NCBI GenBank assembly: GCA_964247055.1 | Contig: OZ176052.1 | Span: forward strand, 1,736,001-1,800,000 | Reading direction: 5' to 3' | Source of the DNA: Paragordius varius | Lineage: Eukaryota; Animalia; Nematomorpha | Length of the DNA: 64,000 nucleotides | Shown here: one piece after another, positions 1 to 12,121 of the stretch | Numbering within the stretch: the first letter of the stretch is position 1 | How the letters are laid out: every line of letters starts with the position of its first letter | The notes under the pieces: generated by a model | Told to the model about the DNA's origin: nothing | What the model saw: only the letters and a program-made list of their open reading frames with translations | Databases searched by the model: none | Translations under genes and position numbers: made by a program

Positions 1-161
1 TGGAACAAATAAACTTATTTTTTATAAAAAAACGGTAAAAACGTAGTTAATTTTTACTCAACACACATAAAAATTCGAGTGTATTACCAAAACCTGTAAA
101 GCTACGAAAAAAAAATGCTAAAATTATTAATTCATTTAATAAAAAATAAATATTAACTCAC

Positions 162-3100
162 CTTTAGTGTGCCCAATATAAAGACAAATGTGATACAATA
201 ATTGATTGATTGACCAATAATAATCTGGCCTTAAGAATAATGGATTTTCAGGGATTGAAATAGCTGCCCCGTTCCAACACACCATGGGTTTATCATTTGA
301 CAAACAACTATAATATTTATAAATAAACGAGGAAGTATATTTATTCTTATTAAAATTTCTCTTTAATTATAGATCTAGTTTAATATAATTTGCTTCAGGA
401 CAAAACCTAAATATATAAAGACAAAAAATTTTTTCTAAAAGACAATGATACTTCTTACATCTTGTTGATTGATTCAGAAAAAACTCATTGTTTAAATGGC
501 CAAGTGTGAAATAGAGTTATATAACACTAACACAATCTATTTTATAATTTACGATTGTGAAATAGTTAATATACAAAAATTTAAGGTTTAAAAGTATGGT
601 TGTCTTTTAAATAAAAATATTTGTCTTTATATTTTTACGCTTTGTCCGTATAATTTCAATTTTTATTGTATAAAGAACAAGTTATTTAGCCCTTATTTTT
701 GTTTTAAAGAAATCGTTATTTCTATCAAATATATCGGTAAAAACTTAATTAAAAACAACTCCAATTCAAAAAAACTTTAAAATGTAAGGAAAAAAAACAA
801 AGTACAAAAAAGTGTTGTTTAAAAACCTTTTAGTGTCACCATCATCTTTATTGTTCCGACACTTATATTGAACAGAATAAGCTTGATCACTTGAGGGAAT
901 ATTGGTGGAATATCCTTTATTTTGGCCATTCATAATAATATAATAATTGGGTAAATTATAAAGATTTGTCAGGGCTGGGCAAACGTCTTTCCTAACAAAA
1001 CATATATAATACTTTTTAAATATTTGGAAAAAAAATGAAATATAAAAATATTACACGAATATTTAATTCCAAAATGAAACTAAATTATATAAGTTAGATT
1101 ATACTTTATGGAAGGGAATTAAAATATTCATTAATCAAAGGAAATCAACATAGGTAGTAGACAGTTGAGTTTAAATAAATTTTAAGAGTACAATTTTGTG
1201 TTCAGGTATTATTGATTAGAATTTATATAAATCTATATATTTTATTTTATGTGAGGAATGATGATTTTTACCATAGAGTTTCCATTAAAACATTTGACGT
1301 ATAGATATAATTATTTTTCGTAGCCATTAAAACCGTAAGTATACCATTAAAAGCTTCAAAAACGCAGCAGAGAGCTGAATTTGACCTATAGATATATATA
1401 TATATATATATATATAATGCTTTTTTCAAAAAAAATATCGATAAAAATATGTAAAAAATTAAATTTCTAAAAAAACACTATATTGTTTTAACCTTAATTT
1501 TTACATATATTGGGGTTTGAAAATAATAAAGCAATAGGGATCTAAATTGGTAAGAGGTTAAATTTCATGCATTACAATTATAATCATATGGGTAAAATAG
1601 TAAGATAAAATCATGGATTTAAAAAATATGGTTTGCTATTTAGCTTTTACTTATATTTTTTCCTTATAACTTTAATCTTTATTTTTATTTTAAGTAAAAA
1701 CAATTCTTACAAGAAAAATATTGAAAGATCAAACAAAACAAAAAAAACGACAAACTTGGTATTATAAAATTTACAATCATCCGATACGTAAAGAATGAGT
1801 TTATCAATATTTGCCATTATTTCTAGGTGTGAATATAAATTTTTATCATTAATTTGATCAGGGGTGATGGTTTTACTAGAAAAAGAATTAATTTCCGATT
1901 GATGATATTGAATGTAAGTTTGAAACATTTGAAAGATATTAATTCTAATGCGTTTTGTAAGCTGAGTTTCGTGGGTTACCGTTTCGTACGTTTGCAATAA
2001 CAGCTAAAAATTTTAAAATAATTACCGTTTAGAGTTCAAATTTACCCTCGAATTCATATTCACCCTAAAATAAATTATGTGTTTTTTAAGATTAAAAATT
2101 GCATATATTTTTTATATTTTTAAAAAATAAATTTAAGTTAAAAATTAATTTAATACTGAAAAAATAATAAACTATGCCATAAGAATATATTTCTTATTAA
2201 TGAGCCCAATAATTTATTTTTAGGGTGAATTTAAATTGTTCAAGGGTGAATTTGATTTGCAAATGGTATATTAAAAATATTGTGTTTTCAATAATAATAA
2301 AAAATTAAGTTTTGATTTCCTACCTTATAAATTTTGATAAATTGGCCAGGATGTGTAAAATGGTGAGGGTAAAGCGTGACTATATTATGGATCAGCTAAC
2401 ATAACAAATAATTAAAATGAAATATTTTATTCGAAAATATTAATAAATACAATAAAATATCTAAGGTATCCTGCATTTATATATAAATTATATTCATATA
2501 TATAGAAAGCGCAAAATAAGCCCTATATAATAGATATATATATATATATATATATAAATCGAAAATATATTCCAATGAATACTTAAATATCCTATTATAT
2601 TTCCATTTTTAGATATTGCAATTTTATTTTGATTCCCATATCAATTACACTATTATTCACCAAATATTTATTATTATTATTATTATTAAAAGCCTCTAAA
2701 ATTGGAAAAATCAAATTGGAGAGCTTTGTAATGACAATCTCTTATGCTAAGCTTTCGTGGAAAAACAGCACTTTTAAACAAAACATCTTATGAAAATAAC
2801 ATTATTTCCAATATTTAATAACTCAAATTCTTAAATATTATCAAAAGCGATAGAAAAAAATTTTAAATCATCATTTTTTCAATCAAAATTTGTTACAATA
2901 AAAAAATAAAATAATATGTTATGTTTTAATGACAAAAAATTGATTATAATCATAGTTTTATGGAAATAATAATATAATTTATGTTTTGTTTAACACTACC
3001 CTTATTTAAAAGCAATGGGTGCTTATAATTAATAAAAAAACCTGTATTATTCGAAATTTATCGGTTATTTCTTCAACTAAACCATGCGTTAGAGCAAATG

Positions 3101-4332
3101 ACACACTCATCAAAATGTTGTTGGTGAAATCGGGAGGATAGTTTGAATCAGCTTTATTTTTTACGCCATCTATTTTTTGGTGGACAAAAAACTTTTTTTC
3201 GCTCTCCGTTTCGCCCTCTTTTACTAAAATCTAGAAAATAATATATTTTTGTTTATAATTTGTCTTTTATCAGAAAAAAACTGATTAAAAAAATTAAAAA
3301 TTTACAAATTGTAATAATTACTTCAAAACCAGTCAAAGTTATAGCCAAGGGAATATCCCTACTCTTGACCATCAAATCCAAAATTTCAATATACTTTAAT
3401 CTAGTTATATAAAAAAAATATCGTGATTGAATTGAACTGACATACTTTAAAAGTTTTTGAGATAAATCCTGCCTTTCGTGAATTATAAATAAGTTTTGAA
3501 AGCAAAAACTTTTAATATCTGATTGTATGTATAAAAAATTTTCTCAACCAATCCTATTTAATTTCCAGGCTAGATTTACAGTTAATGTATACATTATTTT
3601 TATCGGCTATATTATCAAAACATACTGATAATTATCTAAACTTAATTTTAGTTCAACACAAAATTAACTTTATTTGATCAAATCTAATTCGTATAACTAG
3701 CCAAAATAAAGTATATTACGAGATATTTAATAGTATTGAAAAAAAGGAATTATTCATTGTCCAAATTCAGAAAAATATTAATGAATTAAAAAGTCATTCA
3801 TTTATTGTTGGAGAAAGAGTTTTAGTGAGTGTATTCAGGCATATAAAATATTATTTTTGCTTAAATCATCACCAAATTTTTCTTCTAATAGGAATCTATA
3901 ATAAAAAATGTGAAAGACTGTAAAAAAAGTATACCTGATAAAATCGTAATTTCCAATTTGTGGACGACTTGTTTGAAAATCTATCGATTTTAAATAACAT
4001 AATAATAATTGAGCTAAAAATGTTAATTAACAAAAAATATAGCTTTAAATAACCATATTAATAAGATCCAAGTTAAACATTTGTTAAAAGTTTATATAAA
4101 TCTATTCAGAACCCAGAAATTTTGACAATAACTATACCAGAGGAAAATTATTAAGCCATCATAATTTAATTTTTCATAATAAAATTTATAAATGTATATT
4201 AACAATAAATTTATTTAAGGAAATTAAAAATAATCACTAATAGCTCTCTCTATCTTTTAAAAAGATAAAACTTAATGAAATTTTAACCGTTTCCTTAATA
4301 ATTATATAAATAAAAAATAAATATATTTTTAT

Positions 4333-4363
<31 letters not shown>

Positions 4364-4376
4364 TATCAAAAAAAAG

Positions 4377-4419
<43 letters not shown>

Positions 4420-4536
4420 AGGTTAATGATCGGAAGGTATAATAAAATATTTTATCAATAAAAATCAACGAATCCCACTATGTGTGACAATTTTTTATCT
4501 CTTTAAAAATATAATATATAATACCCAAACATTAAT

Positions 4537-4581
<45 letters not shown>

Positions 4582-5136
4582 ATTTTGTATAAAAAAATTT
4601 GATTTTTTCAATATGGAATATAAAAAATATAATTGGGATATATGTAAATTGATATGTATTAACCTACGTTTCCAATTGTAATTAATTTACCTAATTTTCG
4701 CATATAAAAAAATATTGTGATTTAAATACACTTTCGTTCAATATCCTTTTTTTTGATTTTATTTTAAATATCTTATTGTTCCGATTCCGTTAAATGAGGT
4801 AATTTTATCGATTAATATTTTTTTAAAAAATAACATTTTGTTTAAAAAACCTTTTTATATTAATTCAGGCGTTGAATTTGAGTCAATTTTTTGTTATAAT
4901 TATTGAATTGAGTTTATTTATACATAAAAATCAAATCATACAAATTAGTCAGCAATTATATAGAATTATCGATTATATTTGTAAAGTGATATATGAAATT
5001 TACATTACTTTAAAGTTGATAAAGTTTATCAATTATTTATATTATATATAAAATAATTATTACTTTCAATTGCTTTAAAGATATCATTTTCTGACCCAGG
5101 CAAAAATTCTAAAACTTTTTCAAAAATATCATCCAT
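162..5136 (-). CDS. ARFGEF3: ARFGEF3/BIG3-like protein, copy A (5' part only; continues beyond left edge)
   Basis: Eight phase-consistent GT-AG exons: 5136-5064, 4013-3935, 3400-3322, 3230-3042, 2003-1756, 1385-1272, 991-827, 307-162 (about 364 codons). The translation (MDDIFEKVLEFLPGS..KAIE; ETESEKK; LLQTYETVTH; ETLWKDVCPAL; YWSINQLLYHICLYIG) follows the N-terminus of vertebrate BIG3 as recalled (MEEILRKL..GSKYKAIKE; METDSDEKQ; CIETYISSCH; DLIWKNLCPAL). Confidence 0.8.
2022..2270. mobile_element. MITE family A copy (in BIG3-A intron 4)
   Basis: TIRs TA(T)ACC(A/G)TTTA.A.TTCAAATT(C/T)ACCCT ... AGGGTGAATTTGA.TTG.AAATGGTATA; seven copies in the window. Confidence 0.85.
4333..4580. repeat. Compound (TA)n microsatellites
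   Basis: Several (TA)n runs are visible here; similar runs occur at about 1391, 2533, 16259, 27317, 42335 and 44440. Confidence 0.95.
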
Positions 5137-5189
5137 TCTCCAGTTGTTTCAATGTATAGGTGGATAAACTTATTGTTTTTATTAAATAG

Positions 5190-6178
5190 GAGCATCTATC
5201 ATCAAAGAAACGCTTGACTAAAATTTTTGCCTTTTAACAGGCAATACGAAAAATCTTTCTCGAATTTTTACAGTCTCATACCTTGGGCAAAAAAATACAA
5301 TCAAAAAAATATTTTTGTGGACTTTGATTTTTTTTTGAAAAAAATGGCATTTTACGGGGGTAGCGGGTAAAAAAAGGGCATAAATTAAAAAAGTGAGTCG
5401 ACTATGTTCAGCGCGATTAAAAATAAGTAAACAAAAATCATATTTGAAATTTAATGGTCCAACACGTTCTCCAAAAAATTGACTTAACCCATTTTTCACA
5501 CGGGGTGGGCCCAAACTGGGGACCTAATTCCAAAAAAGGCCAAGCTATTGTCGGGACATTCATTAATGATTAAATTTTTTAGATGTTTGGATTTGATTGG
5601 GTTCACCGGTTTTCCGGAAACAGATTACAAAGTTATATGAAAAATCAGTTTTTAGCGGGTAGCTCCTTACCCAGCAGCTATCATCAAATAAACGGTAGAC
5701 TAAAATTTTTGCCTTTTAACAGGGAATACGTGGAATCTATATAGAATTTTTACGGTCTCATACCTAGGGCGAAAAATCGATTTAAAAAATTATTTTTGTG
5801 GACTTTGTTTTTTGAAAAAGGTGGCATTTTACGGGGGGAGCGGGTAAAAAGAGGGCCTAAATCAAAAAAGTGGCTCGGCTATGTTCGGCGCAATCGAAAA
5901 TAAGTAAACAATAATCATATTTAAAATTGAATGGTCCAACACGTTCTCCGGAAAATTGTCTCAAAGACACGATTTTTGTGGACTTCTCTTTTTTAAAAAA
6001 AACCGTTTTTCATACGGGGTGGGCCCGAACTGGGGGCCTATTTCAAAAAAAGGGCGAAGCTATTGTCGGGACATTTATTAATGATTATATTTTTTCGATA
6101 TTTGGATTTGATTGGGTCTACCGGTTTTCCTGTACCAGATCACAAAGCCAGCATTTTCCATTTTTATAAATATATAGA
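5190..6178 (-). mobile_element. Non-autonomous Helitron H1 (3'-truncated) with ~2 tandem internal units
   Basis: 5' end A|TCTATATATTTATAAAAATGG at 6178 on the minus strand; ~480-bp units restart near 5190 and 5673; near-identical to H2 over the 5' unit; no CTAG/hairpin end found. Confidence 0.75.
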
Positions 6179-6479
6179 TTAAAAGTTCAAAAAAACATGA
6201 ATATATGGGCTTTGTTTGGTTTTAATTAAGGTCTGATATTAAACTTGAAAGATTAAAAATATTTAAAAGGTAATAAATCATTATTAAACACTATTTTAAG
6301 GTCTTTATAGTGTTTTATTATATAAATCTTGGGTATTTACCAAAAAATAAAGAGGGCCCAATTAAATATTTTTCTGCACAAACATTTGTCACATATACAG
6401 ATTTTTGTTCCCATATAACTGCATCAAAACTAAATCAATAATTGAGAACAAAAGCTCTTTTAGGAGGCATATGAATATA

Positions 6480-7300
6480 GTCGATATAATAACATACAAA
6501 AAAATTATCCTGATGAAATTTAAACACTGCGACCGAAATCAGGTCTTTCAAAATATCCTGGAAATTTATATATTATGATGGCAAAATCTAAGATTATTAT
6601 GGCGCTTTTAGTATTGAGACCCTTAGTAATAGGAAAGTTATTATTACTTTTCAAATACATGCGCCACATCAGATGACAAATTTTGCATACATTTTTTTAC
6701 AAATATTTTTCAAAGCTGAATCTAAAAATTACTAAATTATATCATATGCTACATATAAGAAAAACAATATTATAAAATCAATTTTTAGAAGTGGGCTCCA
6801 AAAGTTCTATTTTTTTGGTTCTTTTAAAATGTAGTTTTACAATAAACTCATAAATGCTGGGATTGCCTGATTTATGCTAAATTTTGATGTCAACCAAAAA
6901 TATAGAAAAAAAAATTTTAAAAATTAATTTTTATCAAATTTTGTTGAAGCGTTACATTATACTATTTTAAGGCATTAAGGAAACGGTAAAAAACGGTTTA
7001 AGATATTCACTTTTAATATATAATTGGATGATGTCGAACATTTATATCGCTTCAGTTTGATTTAATTTTTTTTTATTTGTAGATTATATATTTTAGTGAT
7101 ATTTTTTGGAATAAACTATTAAGCTTTCACCAAAAAAAAATTCGCGATTGTCTTTTTCTGATATGGACCTCTTACCACATAAGTCAAATATAACTTTATT
7201 ACTCACAAGGGCTAAAGCCATGTCGCCTTGATAATGATCCATTTTTCTATCAGAGTATATTTCGTCAGGATATTGTGGACTATGTATATATATACAGATA
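6480..7300. mobile_element. Degenerate long-inverted-arm (foldback-like) repeat, family C
   Basis: 6560-6810 (minus) and 7100-7270 (plus) both resemble 8660-8940 and 35130-35400; the arms are diverged. Confidence 0.4.
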
Positions 7301-7829
7301 GATAAATCTATCAGTATTGTCACATAGTCCTTTTGGTTTTGGGCCTTATTAGAAATAAAATTAAAATTTTTGTAGTACCTGTTTCAGAAAATAGAAAAAT
7401 TTGTTCTATTGCTAAAAAAATTTTTTTGGTGAAAGATAAATTGCTCTTAAACAAATTTCTGAATATATATCCAAATTTATCCATATATTGTCGTAAATCT
7501 TTTAGTCTTATATGGCATCATAAAACGCTTTTCGAATACGGCAAACCGAATTTTGGCATAAGGCCCGCGAACCAAGTGTGTTGGGCACCCTGTTCTGGAA
7601 GTTTTTTATATCACTAAGATTTAGGTTCCATTCCAATTTTTAACTTTTTAAGTAACAAAATTGATTTAAATTTAATGTTTTTATGTTGAAAACATTATAA
7701 TTTTTTTAACATGTTTAACAGTGGGAAATCGACTTTACTCATTTAGAAAAGTATAATATAGTCATAAAACTACAGCGTCTTTGAACAAAATATCCTTAAT
7801 ATATATATATATATAAATATGCATCACGA

Positions 7830-8950
7830 TTATCAATTATTGGTTTTGGCCCTTCGAGGGATTTAAGAAAGCTATTTACAGTTTTTGGTAAGTGCTGCGT
7901 ATCAAAAATGTGGAACGTTTTTCAACTAAAGTTATTTTGGTAAAAGCTTATTGTTCCCTTCCGAAAAATATTATTAAATATAACTTCTATAAAAAAACAA
8001 TATTTTTACAAAATTTTAATTGTTACAAGTGGGTTTCTAATGTGTAGTTCTCATAAAGCAAACGCAAAAATGCCGAGATTGGGACAAAAGGTTTAATATA
8101 TGCTAAATTTGTAACAAAAAATATTTTTGAAAAAAATGCATACTTTGCAGCTCAAAAATTTATTTTTTTACAAAATTTTGACAAAGTGTTATGGTATTTT
8201 GAGGCATGGTGGTAACGGTAAAGAATATTTAATATAATAAAAGCCCTTTTTATATATAATTCAAAGATGCAGAATATTTTTATCACCCATTTTGATATAA
8301 ACTGCTTTTTAATATGGGTAAGTCTTGCAAAACATTTTGTATATAACATAAGGATTACTGCGACGCATGAATATAATCAAAATGAGATGAAAGAATGTTC
8401 TGATCATATAGTTATATAGAAAAAGTTTTTTTATAATATCTTCAAGCGCATTTATATAGCTTCCTACATGCATCAAAGAAGTGATAAGTACTCCTCAACA
8501 AATTTTCCATAAATTAAATTAAAGGCATGCATTTTCGAAAAAAACATTTCATATTTTCATGTCAAAATTGAGTATATTTGAAACTTTTATCCAATTTCGG
8601 CATTGTGTATATTTTAAGAGAACTAACTCATTTTAGAAGGGCGAAAAAATTTTGAACTTTGAAGCCCACATCTAAAAAATAATTTAAATTGTTTTGCTTT
8701 ATTTAGTGATTATTTTTGTGATAAGGCATTTAGCTTTCACCGAAAATTCCATTTAAGAATGCGCAAATTTTGCCTCTTTCTGATATGGAGCAGTTACAAC
8801 ATGAGTGTGAATGACTTTCTTAAATAACTGATAAGGACCCAAAAGTAAAAGCGCCATGACAATCATACATTTTCCTATTAGAATATATAAATTTTATCAA
8901 AATAATTTATATACCCCCGATTTTGGGTGCAGTGAAATATATCTTTAAAA
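7830..8950. repeat. Family C dispersed repeat
   Basis: Shares blocks (GAAGCCCACA, GCATTTAGCT, TATGGAG, AAAAGC.CCATGA.AATCAT) with 35130-35400 and 7100-7270. Confidence 0.5.
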
Positions 8951-9485
8951 AAATTAAAAACTTACATTTTTTTCAAATAAAACTTTATAATCATTTGATA
9001 TAGTTTTGCACGCCAGAGCGGTTAAATTCGATTATTTCAATATAATATGACATTGTTCAAATTTATTATCATCTTTGGCGCATGGTTGAAAAAAATTTAA
9101 ATATAATAAATCCTCATCGTAAACGTTTTTGCCTCCATTTTATTAAATTCTTTAGATTGTTAATACAACAGGCAAATGAATGTATATTATGGATATATAA
9201 TAAAATAATGAACTTTATAAATTTTTTGGATTACATCTAACAAACTTTTTTATCGATTTTAAATCAACTGTTTGTTTCAATCGTATTTGGAGCTATTCTT
9301 TGATTCACCGATATAGCACACATGATTGTTATTATATAATCTTAATATTTTAAATCGTCTTTTACATTTAACACCCGTCATTTGATAAACGATTAAAAAA
9401 ATGCTTCTCCGGCCTTAAGATTAAATTAATTTATAATACATAATTTATTATCTCTTTTCCAACTTTTTAGATTTATCGTTTTGTA

Positions 9486-11950
9486 ATGAGTCCCACATTA
9501 TCAATTATTACTAGTCTTTTATTGATTGTTCCCTTGTGCATGGCAGCAGATAGGGAATATTGTCCGCATAATGCAATACCCAGCATATGTAAATGTTTCC
9601 CAGACAACAATTCCACCAAAGTCATTTGTTACAATCAAAAGCATTTGGATTTACGGGCTGAATTACGCCTCTATGAGCCATTCAATATTACATATTTATT
9701 TTTGAAACTCAACCATATACCCAAAGTGGAACGGGGTTTACTCAAGAATCTACGAGTGAAAAAACTAATTTTAACCAAAAATCACATTGAGGAATTCGAT
9801 GATGACGCTTTTGAAGGTTTGGAAGACAGTTTGGAAAGCCTTAAAATTTCTGAAGATTTGACAGAAGTCGATAATAAAACTTTAGCTACAATACCTGTAA
9901 AAGCCATATCTAAATTACGAAATCTACATGATTTCCTTATACTGAGTGCCAATATAGAGGATATTCCAGACTTGGCGTTATCACATTTACCAAAGTTAAG
10001 TGAGCTATATTTCGTTACTTTCAATCTTAAAACTATACACCCACAAGCCTTCATTGGTTTAACGGGCCTTAAAAGACTATACATAGCCTCCATGAATTTG
10101 ACCAACCTGCCAAATGATATATTTGCACCACTGATCAGTTTAGAAAATTTGTATTTGTCACTCAAGGGCCTAAAAACGTACAATCAAAATGCTTTCACTT
10201 CCCTACAACGCTTGAAATACTTGAATTTGGATCAAAGTGGAATCGAAAATTTGGATAGGAATATATTCGTGAATTTGCGTAATATGAGCACTTTATCAGC
10301 CAGTAATAATAAATTGTTTGAAATCAATAATGTATTCAACCATCTACCACAACTCAGGCATTTATTCCTCTCTGATAACCGTATTATTCGGGTTCGGGAT
10401 AATGCATTCCAAAATTTACCTGCTCTTGAATACCTCGATTTAAGTAACAACAAAATTAAAGCGATCGAGGACAAAGCTTTTTACGGGACGCGGAATATAA
10501 AGTATATTTTTGCGAAAATTATCATTTTTAAAATATTTTTTTAGTTTTTTCGGAAGTTTCAATCAAAAATAAAGACTTATATATGCATTGTGCATGAAAT
10601 AATTAGCAATTTTAATTTTATACAGAATATTGAATATGAGATCCAATCATTTAGTTGAGTTACCCAGACACTTTATCAGAACTTTAAAGAATTTGACTCG
10701 CCTCTATTTAACCAAAAATTTCTTGTATCGCCTCGATAACTACATGTTTGAAGAGAATGACAAACTCTTAACGTTAGATTTATCCAATAATATTATTGAT
10801 GCCATCCTACCAAACACGTTTGATTCCTTGTCTGGGTTGGAGAAATTAGAACTTTCCGATAATTACATTTCAGAAATCCCACCGATGGCATTTGCATCTC
10901 TGCAAAATCTAAAGGAGCTCAATATAAGTCGGAATAACCTTTCAAGCTTTGATACTAATCTTGTGGCTCATACAGATGATACCTTAAAGTTCATTGGATT
11001 ATCAGGTAAAATATATAATTTATCTTAGAAATTATCATGCCAAAATTATTTTTTCATCAAGTATTGTTAAAAACCATAATTAAATGTCAAACGAACACCA
11101 TATCTTTTTAACTTTTAGATTTTGTTGCTTAGAAAGGAGCATTTTTTTCTCTTATTAACCAAAAATTTTATAAACAACTTTTTATTACACAAGTTGTGGC
11201 GTACCTCTAAATGTCTATTATATACCAAATCAACTCTCAATAAAATTTGTTTTAATTTTGGTTGAAATGCTTTTTACAAAGAATGCATATATATATCACT
11301 ATTCAGGTAACCCATGGGTGTGTGATTGTAATATGGTAAAACTACGTACATGGTATGAGCTATGGTCCTTTGAGCTAACTCACAATGAACGTTATCGTCA
11401 AGAAGAGAATATGAAAGAGGCCCGTTGCGTTTTACCCAAAACTATGGCGGGAATTCCCATTTTAGAAGCACCTTTAGATGACATTGATTGCACTAATTTC
11501 ACATCCCTCCATATTATTTCAGGCGGTCAAAGACTTACAATGGCTCAAGCTCTGGAACTTAGAAAACAGAGGCGTCAACGTGGGCGAAGCTTTAAATTGT
11601 CAAGTGATGAGAACTCTATAACTAATAGCAACAATTGTTTATCATCATACAAATTATCCGTCATAGCTATAATTTTATCGGTTTTAACCCTGGCCATATT
11701 AGTCACGAATAGCTGCCTAAGGAGTGGTACGGCCAAGGGGCCAATATCTTCTTTCCTATTATCACATGGCCATAAAAAAGGTTTTAGCAGCTCCCCATCG
11801 TCTTTTCCTTCGCTAAAATTTGCCTTCGGTCAACAGCCAATAAATAATTTCCGCGCAAACGGACACACTGATACAAACGCAACTAATCAAATTCAAACGC
11901 ATGATACAGCATCAATCACAAAAAATGAATATATTTCATCGCATGAATAA
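9486..11950 (+). CDS. Single-pass leucine-rich-repeat membrane protein (signal peptide, LRRNT, LRR array, LRRCT, TM), ~679 aa
   Basis: Exons 9486-10501, 10626-11005, 11307-11950 (phases 2 and 1 fit; 2040 nt). Hydrophobic N-terminal signal, CP..CKC..VIC cap, LxxLxLxxN repeats, GNPWVCDC LRRCT, TM segment SVIAIILSVLTLAILV. Confidence 0.92.
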
Positions 11951-12121
11951 CAAAAAATAATCAGGATAAATCACATTTCCATAAAACGGACAGGGAGAAC
12001 TAAAATTAAATATATTAGCATTTAATTAAATATATAATTATTTATTCATTCTTATAAATATATATATATATTGTATAAATATAGAGGTATACAATGAAAA
12101 ATTTGTATAGAGGTACATGAT

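Larger units (their letters stand above)
1640..5185. repeat. Left arm of long inverted duplication (pairs with 60585-64000)
   Basis: The reverse complement aligns collinearly with 60585-64000 across exons, introns, a shared MITE and about 50 bp upstream of the ATG. Confidence 0.95.

Noticed and set aside
1258-1377. C/D-box snoRNA-like ATGATGA...CTGA
   Set aside because: It overlaps BIG3-A exon 6 on the opposite strand and has no terminal stem.
5218-6169. ORFs of 98 and 80 aa, with near-identical ORFs at 23196-24438 and 28393-28602
   Set aside because: They are translations of the Helitron tandem unit; frames and stops differ between copies and no protein motif is evident.
9782-10474. Antisense ORFs (133 and 80 aa) within the LRR exon
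   Set aside because: Shadow frames of a real coding exon.
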